Part shown: piece by piece, positions 49,135 to 58,244 of the stretch
Position numbering within the stretch: position 1 is the first letter of the stretch
How the letters are laid out: every line of letters starts with the position of its first letter
NCBI GenBank assembly: GCA_977862235.1
Contig: OZ374558.1
Span: forward strand, 1,116,001 to 1,180,000
Source of the DNA: Dudresnaya verticillata
Lineage: Eukaryota
Reading direction: 5' to 3'
DNA length: 64,000 nt
The notes under the pieces: generated by a model
The model's database searches: none
What the model was told of the DNA's origin: nothing
Seen by the model: only the letters and a program-made list of their open reading frames with translations
Position numbers and translations under genes: made by a program

Positions 49135-49305
49135 AGTATATTAATGTCTCTCACTGCGCTCGTTCTTCAATGAGTTTTGTTAGATTGAATCGCCGCAACC
49201 TATCCCCTCCTCCTGCAACATCGCATGTATGTATATGTATTGCCAATTAGACCCTTTCCCAGTAGACCCTTTCCCAGGGTTTCTCCTTAGATTAATATAA
49301 AGGTA
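49135..49305 (+). mobile_element. CRE-like 3' end inserted in the right palindrome arm
   Basis: tgaatcgccgcaacctatcccctcctcctgcaa and ttcccagggtt...ttagatta...ataaagg match 27680..27790. Confidence 0.75.
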
Positions 49306-51010
49306 TGTTTGTGAGATCACGACCACTCATTGGGTGTCAGTGCTTGGACATGGTCCGTTCTGGACGATTCTGAACGGTGGTTGGCTGTTCTCTTGTGGGG
49401 GCTGGTGTCGAAGAAGTCTACCATTGGTTGGGTATAGCTGGTTTTGGGTTCTTTGGTTGGCTCGACAGACCGGCACATGGCGAGTGGTTGGCCGACATAA
49501 TCCTTGGGACCACCCACAAGAAGTTCCTGATGCCCCACTCGCGATGCCTTCCACCATACGTTCAAATCGGGCCCGGCACCAACGCTAAGCAGTCCCCAGA
49601 CCCGCAGCCCCGTCGCACCAGCTGATCCACCAGCGCTGCTCGCCCCTTTCCCCCCGTCACTCACGCAACCCGTCTCGTGGCCCGCCCCGCCCAGCTGGCT
49701 CAGCTTGTTTTTTCTCTTCTCGCCATCCTTTCGACGGGTGTGGCCGTGGCTTGACTATGTTCAGCCGTCTCCCTACCGTGCATGGCATCGCGGGTGTCGC
49801 GCAAGTTGAGTCTATACAGAGGCTCCGAGACCGCTGCACACCCATGCTCTGTATGAGCATGAACGGGGTGAGTTCTGGAACTCTTTGAGGACGTCCGCGT
49901 AGCGCGCAATGAAGCCGAAGTCCACTCGGGCTTCGAGCGCAGCAGTATACGTGTGTCATAACGTGCAGTTCTGGGCCGGGGGCACTTGAACGGTTTGCAT
50001 GTCGCGGTGCGCTGCCCATCCCTCCACCGGTCTTTTCCGCTCAGCATTAGCATGGGCACTGCCCCGGTGCGCAGAGGGTGTTGAGGATCTGCACCAGCAT
50101 CACGTTTTACGAGCCCTGGGTTGGGTCAGTCCTGACCCGTGCATCACCGATGGGCCCTTATGGCGGATTGAAGGTACAACAGAGGCGATGGCGTCGTTTA
50201 GAGCTAGCTTACAGTTGCAAAGAACCCATTCGCGGCCATCTCGGGCCCACGGGCACGGCGTCCCTTTTCCAATCCCTCATGACCAGCGCACGTCTTCTGA
50301 ACGCCGCAACGATGTATTGTGTACAACAGTCGTGCTAGTCTCCGCGCGGACCTTTGCATTGATGGCTGCAGCTTTAACTTGGCAACGCGTCCACAGAGAT
50401 TTACTGGCTGCGTTGTCAGTCCACATTCCGCTCGTGAGCGTGTCACACGAAATCACTACGGTCTCATATGCACTTGTACCGGAATGGAACTTCAGGCCAT
50501 TGCATATTGCGTCATGTGTCGTTTGTCGCTTGCTTTTTTGGCAGACGTGAGGTCCCAGACTTGCCACTTTTGATCATCATCATCTGCGCACTAGAGGATG
50601 TGTACAGATGCGAGTTAGTAACCATACATATCTAGTAGTGCAAGACATGCGTTGTGTTGTGTAACATAGGTGGCCGAAAAATAAAGCGCCGGTCTCAATG
50701 GCAAAGCAATCCATCATCCACGCGTACTAAAGTAGAGCAATAAAGGAATGGTGTTTGGATCAGTAGCAAGTTGGCAGTAGCAGCGGTATCAGAGGAACAG
50801 TAGATTTACAGAACAGAGTAGAACAGATTGTGTTGTGTAGATGAAATGTTGTCCTCTTGTCGAGAGGGTAGAACAAGAGAGAACTAGATGGTACTTATAG
50901 GCAGGCGAAGACTGCCTCTAAAACGTAAAACGACCGTTGACTAAACCAAGAAGAAAGTGCTCACTGAGAACCATTGTGAATACAACTACATAAAACATAA
51001 ACATGGTTCG

Positions 51011-51128
51011 TCAGCATGAATACGACCGTAGAATAGTATCTGCAGTATTAATACGACTGTGGATCCATTTCATCAGTATGCATACGACTGTAGAATGATT
51101 GCATCAGATTGCATACGACCGTAGGACA
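51011..51128. repeat. Degenerate 31-bp minisatellite, ~4 copies
   Basis: tacgacygt core at 51021, 51052, 51083 and 51114. Confidence 0.8.
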
Positions 51129-51884
51129 ATTAATGTTTTCATTAGAGCTGGCCAGGGGCAGCAGTTCTTTAGACTTGTGAGAGTCGTCTAAATATCGCAC
51201 GCAATGTAACGTAGTGTGTTCATTTTTCGACATCGTACCTCGCGCGTGGCAGTCCTTTACAGAGGAGAACAACCACAGACAGGGTGATGATGTACCAATG
51301 GTGGTCATGTCCTTTTTATGCACCTGTTTCATAGGTCTTTATACAGGGCTGCAAGTGTTTTACTTATTCCCAGTGAGCTGGTGGGCGTGAGCCACTCTGC
51401 AAGAGAATAACTCCTACTCGGATACACAGGCGTCCTCTGTGGAATTCTACGCCACATATAGTTTTATATGCTATTGTACCAATACGATATGCAAGAGCAT
51501 AGCTGGCTAGCAGTGAGGTGTAGTAGCTGTCAGTAGCTACCTAGCGTGTAGAGCAGTACGTAAGCTATCTTTTTGAGTAGAACTTAAGCTACTGCGTTGT
51601 GTGTAGTTTGGTGAGCAGGAACGGAAGCGCACGTACTCGGGTAGTTCCTGTTGACCAAGTCAACAGGAACTTTATTTTCTACTACCGAGCCTCCCACCTC
51701 TCACAAACTCTACCAATAATCAGTTTTTGGGTAGAGCTGTCGCAGGACCAGGTCTTTTACCCCTATCCACGTAATGTGCTTGCTCCCCGTACACCAGATT
51801 TAGGGGGGCCTTTAGAAAGCTGTTACGCTTTCTTTGTCTTCGGAGGCATTTACTGGAAACAAGCCTCAAGCCGGGAAAGTAAAA

Positions 51885-52401
51885 CAGGTAGTGCAAGGAC
51901 ACGGATTGATGCGGCTGTGGCCACTTTCAGAAGGACGCATATAAAACTGGAGAGAAGGAGAGAAGCCACTTTACGCATCGAATAAAATAACCCTTAAGCT
52001 GCTAGGAGGACTATACAAACGATCAGACGACAGAACGCGACTTTTTGGGCAAGCGCAGCTGAAGATGATGTGCATGGACTTCATATTTACTTCCTTGAAG
52101 CAAGTGTCCCACTTAAACCTCTCTCACGCAGTAAACGATACCTGCAACAAAGCTGTATGGCTCTCTCTTTCCTTGCTTCCCGAGCATTTACTCGGAGCAA
52201 GCCACAAGCCGAAAAATAACACAGATAGTGCAACACCAAGGATTGGTGCAGCAGTGGCCTCTTCACGAAGACGCATACACACATATGACAGAACGTGACT
52301 TTTGGGCAAGCACAGCTGAAGACGATGTGTATGGACTTCATTTTGTTTCTTTAAAGCAAGAGCCCCACAACATAAACCTATCTCTCGCAGTAAACAGTAC
52401 C
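51885..52401 (+). repeat. Diverged tandem duplication of a ~260-330 bp module
   Basis: gacagaacg...ttttgggcaagc...gctgaaga...atggacttcat at 52029 and 52287; tagtgcaa...ggattg...gtggcc at 51889 and 52226. Confidence 0.75.
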
Positions 52402-52505
52402 CCAACCAACACGGGAGAAAGTGGCTTTCCGCTATCTGCTTACGCGGCAAACGACGAAATAAATGACGTCTAGTTGGTCGTGGCGGGGATTTCTAGGCCA
52501 AGGTC

Positions 52506-53210
52506 CTAACTGGCAGACGGCGCAGGTCCCCATGCCTCCTCGATGGTTGTCGGCATGCCGCTGCAGTCGGGCGTAGGGGTGAAATGGCAGCCATCCTCCG
52601 GAACAGCTGACGGCGCAGGTCCCCATGCCTCCTCGATAGTGGTCGGCAAGCCGCTGCAGTCAGGCGTGGGGGTGAATCTGCAGCCATCCTCCGGAACAGC
52701 TGACGGCGCAGGTCCCCATGTCTCCTCGATGGTTGTCGGCATGCCGCTGCAGTCAGGCGTGGGGGTGAATCTGCAGCCATCCTCCGGAACAGCTGACGGC
52801 GCAGGTCCCCATGCCTCCTCGATGGTTGTCGGCATGCCGCTGCAGTCAGGCGTGGGGGTGAATCGGCAGCCATCCTCCGGAACAGCTGACGGCGCAGGTC
52901 CCCATGCCTCCTCGATAGTGGTCGGCAAGCCGCTGCAGTCGGGCGTAGCGGTGAAATGGCAGCCATCCTCCGGAACAGCTGACGGCGCAGGTCCCCATGC
53001 CTCCTCGATAGTGGTCGGCAAGCCGCTGCAGTCAGGCGTGGGGGTGAATCGGCAGCCATCCTCCGGAACAGCTGACGGCACAGGTCCCCATGCCTCCTCG
53101 ATGGTTGTCGGCATGCCGCTGCAATCAGCCTCGGGAGCACGACTTCTAGCAAGACTGTGGATCTGCAACGACTCGCACAGTTTTTGGATGGAATCTCCGT
53201 GGGACTTCAT
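52506..53210 (-). CDS. 234-aa protein made of ~6.5 tandem 31-aa repeats (DCSGMPTTIEEAWGPAPSAVPEDGCRFTPTP)
   Basis: First ATG after a TATA box (53389..53396, minus); inter-unit differences are mostly synonymous in this frame (aca/acc, acc/act, cct/ccc, aga/cga). Confidence 0.65.
   Translation of the reverse strand: MKSHGDSIQKLCESLQIHSLARSRAPEADCSGMPTTIEEAWGPVPSAVPEDGCRFTPTPDCSGLPTTIEEAWGPAPSAVPEDGCHFTATPDCSGLPTTIEEAWGPAPSAVPEDGCRFTPTPDCSGMPTTIEEAWGPAPSAVPEDGCRFTPTPDCSGMPTTIEETWGPAPSAVPEDGCRFTPTPDCSGLPTTIEEAWGPAPSAVPEDGCHFTPTPDCSGMPTTIEEAWGPAPSAS
52516..53126. repeat. 93-bp tandem repeat, ~6.5 copies
   Basis: Units start at 52516, 52609, 52702, 52795, 52888, 52981 and 53074. Confidence 0.97.
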
Positions 53211-53540
53211 TTCGCCTTTATGACAAAGTGCGGAAGCGACGTTGATGGACGTTGGAACCGACGTCGACGGGTGCGCGTCCGTGTGTCCGGTCCAGGCTTC
53301 GGTGGGAGGGTGAGCGTGCGTGCGATGGAGCGAGTTGTGTGTATGCGTGCTGGAGGTAGGGAAGCGGTTGGGAGCGGGGCGATGGCGCTTTATATAGATG
53401 CTTTCTGGTCGAGCCAGCGTCGGTGAAGCCGCTTGACAAGGCGGGAAAATTGCGGGGCGGTTCATAGCGGTAATCGCAGAACAACACGCGGGAACGGCAC
53501 AAGCATATGGTGTGCCTCAAAAGCAAAAGAAGTTTGGGCA

Positions 53541-53628
53541 CAGGGCGGGAACAGGGCGGGAACAGGGTGGGAATAGGGCGGGAACAGGGCGGGAACAGGG
53601 TGTGAATGGGGCGGGAAATGGGCGGGAA
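53541..53628. repeat. 11-bp tandem repeat (cagggcgggaa), ~8 copies, upstream of the repeat-protein promoter
   Basis: Directly visible units at 11-bp spacing. Confidence 0.9.
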
Positions 53629-54216
53629 CTCGGCGGCAACTTGAAGGAAATATGACGGGCTCGCCGAGGTCCGGTGATACAGGTAGGCGGAAATAGAGTG
53701 ATTCGTGCAGCTTTCCAAGAAAGCGTAGATAAAGAAGGAATTAGGACCAGGATGGTGCGTTTGCACGAGCAAAGAGGACGTAGGCTCAGCATTCCGTAAG
53801 CATTCGGGGACTCATGGCCCTCGCGGCATTCCAGTATTGCATCCTCTCAGTCATGGACCAGTTTGTCTGCGAGTTCAGCGAATAGCAATTGATTACGATT
53901 GGGGATGTTGGCACCTACTATCGCCGAGTCGATGTGGATGGGACACGCAGTGTTAGTCTGAGAAGGTGCGGGGCTTCAGGTGGGAATATCAGGGAGCGAT
54001 TTTGTTAGGGAGTCTGGGGACTTAGGGGTCATTGCGTTTATGTTTGTTGACTTATAGAGAGAGGGGGGATAGAGGGAGAGAGTAGAGCCTTTATCCAGAG
54101 GATCACGGAAGTGTCGGCGTTAGCGTATCTTTACAACGATGATTTGCGTCAGTACTGTGTAGAGATTGGAGGTGTTGAGGAAGTCAGTGACGAATCGTGA
54201 GTGACTGGAAGTCTAA

Positions 54217-56736
54217 TCATCATCATCATCACAACTTTATTGAAGCAAGACGAACAGCGGAAACCCTAATGACTTAGCCGCTGATGACTACTGGAAGGCC
54301 TGGACTAACGGGACGTCGACGATTCACGGCGAGAGCGGTGAGCTGGAGAATGCGGGAAACCAGTGGTGAAACTAACGAATGGTATTCAGTAGTAGGATTT
54401 GTTCCCCGGCGCGTGGCCAGGAAAGAAGCGAGCTTTTGAAGTGCGCTACGGCATTCGGGGCCAATGCCTCCGTGAATGTCGAATCCCAGCGGCTGAAACG
54501 TAATACAATGTGCTGCACAAGCAGTGCGATACTTGCGATGCTTGTCCCGTTCAGCGACTTGGGCGGCCCCTGCAGGAATTTCAGATGCCTTGGATACAGC
54601 GCGAGCAGTAGAGGGAGTCACAATAGTAAGGTCATAACCAATGCATGAATCAGAAAAGGCGGGATCATCCAACACCAAGTCCAATCGTCGAAGATCGTCC
54701 TGTAGATGAAAGGACTGCTCTCTCGTGACAGAAAGCCCGATAGACGGGTGACGGAGACGAGAAAAAAGGAGATCCCTAATAGAATTGTGACGACGAGTGG
54801 ACCCATGGGCACAGGGACATGTCGAAGCATGATACCCCAAACGGTCAAGGGAAACCACGCGACCAGAAACGGATAGACACGCAGAACAAGGGAGATCTGG
54901 CGCAAATACAGGTGCGCCCAAACGCAAGTCGATCATGGTAGCCCATATAGCAGGTGACACAGAGGTGCCTCGGCGTGGATCGGGGAATGCGGTAAAGGCC
55001 ATTCGAGATTCCAAACTACCACAGGAGAGAAGTCGGGCCCTTTTCACGCGATCTTCTCTCTGAGTCGAACGGATGGAGGGCCAGTAATTATCCACCAAAC
55101 GAGCGTGAACCTTCGCGGAGAGTTCTTGCAAGTGGGGGATGTAACCTCGCTTTTGGGTGCGAGGGAGGAGAGTTGAAAAGTGATAATCGCTAGATAATCC
55201 GAACCGAGTACACAGGGCATTACAGGTTCGAGCCAAACTCCGCGGCAGTGAGTCGGTGCGAGAGAACATGGAAAGGGCAGGCGAGATCAAAGTAGTGAAC
55301 AAATCCCAAACCCCCATTACAGAACTGATATAGGAAAGTTCGACAAGCGTGGTAGTAGAGGTGAGGCCAAGCCCGCCATATTCAAGCGGGAGTGTCGCAC
55401 AAGTCCAGGAATCGTCAGGAAGCGAGTGATGAATACGTTCGAATGCCCTTCGCTGCCCTTGGTCGAATAGATCGGCCTCAGGAAATGTTAGATGCGGCGG
55501 GGCAGTTCGTAGGGTATAGATCAGCTTGCAAGCACCGGAGCAATAGCGCAAGAGATGATAGGCCATTTGTGGGTCATTTAGAGTTGGAAGCGCTTCCAAT
55601 AGACGTGTTTCCCTGACCCGTCGGGAATGAAACTGGGCTTGGCAACCAGCAGAGTGTCCGATAGGAGAGCCGAGCACAGCTAGAGCATCATCGTGAGATA
55701 TAGTAACATGGCACCAGTTAGTAGTGACAGGGATTAGAGAGGGACGGCGCCCCCACCAAGCAGTGGTTTTGGAAAGATTGAGATGGAACCCAATCTTAGA
55801 TCCTTCCGTTGCGAGGAAAGAAAGAACTGAACCGAGCATACTGCGAGGCAGGAGGAGAGTTCCATCATCGGCGAAGAATACCTGCAAAGGCATAGAGAAA
55901 CGGGTACGAAGGAGACACAAGAGAGGTTGCAGGACCAATGCAAACAATAGAGGGCTAAGTGGATCACCCTGATGAGTGCCAGATCGACTATGGACAAGGA
56001 ATGATCCAAAGTGTAGTACGGAGCCACGGCCGTATATAAAATGGATCCACTTTGCCAGACCCGGGCAATGCAGTACCACTTCTGAGAGTATCAAGCTTCG
56101 CTCGATGGCATTAAATGCATTCGCAGCATCCACGCTCACGAGTACCATGTCTAAATCACGTAGTCGAGTCGCTAAATAGCGTGAAGCATGTATGATCGCT
56201 TCTGCACCCCCTGAAACACCTACAGAAAGTTGAAGATGGCAGAGGTAGGACTGCAATACAGGATCACGAGTAACCTTAAAGGCGATTATTCGACTGATAA
56301 AACGCCTAAGAAGCACTGAAACGGTTATAGGACGCAACCGAGAGTTGTTAGCCTTAGGGAGGCCGATGAGAGTGCCACCAGCTAGAAATGAATGACAAGC
56401 TGCTGGCAAGTGCCCATTGACGGCATGGTTAACAAACAACGTTAGCTCTGCCAGCACAGACCGCGACGGATCGGAACCACCCGGCGTAGAAGCTAGGATT
56501 TTGAAGACAGCGGGACGAAGGCCATCACGGCCAGGACAAGAGGCTCTTGGCATGGAGAGTAAACCCTTGCGAACTTCAGCCTCTTCAAATTGAAGCGCAG
56601 GGGGGAGCTGTATGGAATCAAGAGGAACAACAGGGCGTTTCGGAGCGGGATGTAAATCTTGAAGCAGACGGGCGTTGAGTGCTGTGGGTTGAGCAGGAAC
56701 CGAATCCTCGGTGAGAATCGCACAGGCTTTAGATAA
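54217..56736 (-). mobile_element. CRE-clade (RT + restriction-like endonuclease) non-LTR retrotransposon, 5'-truncated, ORF uninterrupted
   Basis: RT motifs PGRDG, LRPITV, VDAANAFN, GTHQGDPLSPLLF, FADD, LPLEYGGLGL; CSAC...HASTC knuckle, RRHNSIRD, RLDLV, YDLTI, AERDKHRKY; aataaa plus (GAT)n tail; perfect TSD ggaagtctaa at 54207..54216 and 56737..56746. Confidence 0.96.
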
Positions 56737-56760
56737 GGAAGTCTAAAGGGAAAGATAGAT

Positions 56761-56867
56761 AGAGAGATGGAGACCTTTATGCATAGGAAAGACTACAGCC
56801 CCGTAAGGGGGCTTATCTAAAACTCATCTGAAAGGCGACGGTCGAAGAGTAAACGGCGGTTAACAGC
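56761..56867 (-). mobile_element. Short CRE-like 3' end, near-identical to 40947..41047
   Basis: Reverse complement match over ~100 bp. Confidence 0.8.
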
Positions 56868-57179
56868 CACCGCGACAGATTGAAGTACAAGAGAGGTGAG
56901 GTGGGTGAGAAGAGATAGTTTCAAGGGAAACCGTTTCTCGGTGGGAAACCATATAGATATTAAGAAAGAAGAAGCCCGAACATCAGAAGCGGTTCCGAAC
57001 TAGCGCGAGTGCTTTACGGTGACAGCTACTGGGGCGTTGAGAGTGAGAGTACTCGCACGGCATTCGCATCGCGGACAAGCTGTGCAGCCATGTTGTTCGT
57101 CTTCAATTCGGTCAATGGTTTGACAAAGGCCCGCTATCCGCTATCTCTCAATGTTTTGTAGGCAGCAATTTTAGTTGTT

Positions 57180-57490
57180 TAGCTCCCTTTATGCTTTGCC
57201 CAACACGACGCGCGGACTTCTAGGCCAAGGTCGCAACTGGCAGACGGCGCAGGTCCCCATGCCTCCTCGATCTTGTTGTTGGGAGTCTGCGGACTTAGGC
57301 GCAGCGCGTGATCTCGGCGTCAACAGTGTGGACGAAGACTGTAAAGTGAAGGGGACAGGCTGTCCCATGGGCACAAGCGCGGAAGGCGGTGCAACGCGCT
57401 CTCTCTATTGATGAAGGGGAGCCGTTGTGGGTGGCAGCGGCAACGCCGTCCTCATTGCGGTGGGTAGGTGCGCGCGAGGTTGCCATTGAT
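57180..57490 (-). pseudogene. Relic related both to the 93-bp repeat gene and to 14720..14830
   Basis: 57218..57271 matches 52490..52544 (IEEAWGPAPSAS); CTAFRA...TVFVHTVDAEI matches CTAFHA...TVFIHTVDEEM at 14720..14830. Confidence 0.55.
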
Positions 57491-58244
57491 TGCGTTCGCG
57501 GAGCCTTTGTGGGCGAATGTCTTTACTTTTGTGCAAGCGCGCTTCGTCGCCACCAAGACGATGTTGTTACGGTGCACGTTGACAGCCATGTCTCGGCAAC
57601 AGAGATTCCATTCGGCTTGACATGTGGCGAAAAGTTACGAGAGAGAGGTCTCTCGACGCCTCAACGAGCATTTCTCTCGCTGTCGGATGGCGTGCGTGCC
57701 GCGCCCTCCAGTCGCTTTCTCCCCGAGGAAGCGCGCCCACCGGCAAAGTCTGCATCTCACGCGATGCGCGACGAACGCGCAAAGACGACGGCGCTGCGCG
57801 TCGCCTCAGCGTGGCCACGCATCGCAGGGCGAGCCGTGCTGCTCGCGTTTCGAGCAGCGCCGCCGCGCGAAACGCGGAAGCAAGCGGCGCAGCGCGACGT
57901 CGCGCAAGTTACGGAACAGCCGCCGTCCCGCGACGTGCCCGGCTGCAAGCGTCCGGACTGCCGCCGCCGCATCTGCGTCGCCCGCGCGAACGCGGCCGCG
58001 CTCCGCGCTGCGCGTTCCGAACGACACGAGCCGCGGACCCAACACTCGCGACGCCCGCCGCGCCCGTCGCGCGGCCGCGGCTTTTTGCGCGCCGGCGCCG
58101 GCCGTTTCGCCGCGCGCGCCGCACCCAATCAACGCCGCGCGCGGGCTCGCGCCGCTTCCCGCCGTTTTCAACCTCCGCGCGCCGCGCCGCGCCGCGCCGC
58201 GCCCTCCGCCCGCGTCCCCCGACACCACGCCGCCGCCCCGCAAC

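Larger units (their letters stand above)
47669..49905. repeat. Right arm of large inverted duplication
   Basis: Reverse complement of ~43553..45810; carries its own insertion at ~49130..49315. Confidence 0.93.

Noticed and set aside
52516..53126. HDV-like ribozyme in the 93-bp repeat (ggtccccatgcctcctcg resembles HDV ggucccagccuccucg; P1, P2 and P3 can be drawn)
   Set aside because: No GG for P1.1, no J4/2 with the catalytic C, P3 broken in the variant units, and variation fits minus-strand coding better.
52516..53126. CRISPR array
   Set aside because: Contiguous tandem units with no unique spacers, no cas genes, eukaryotic context.
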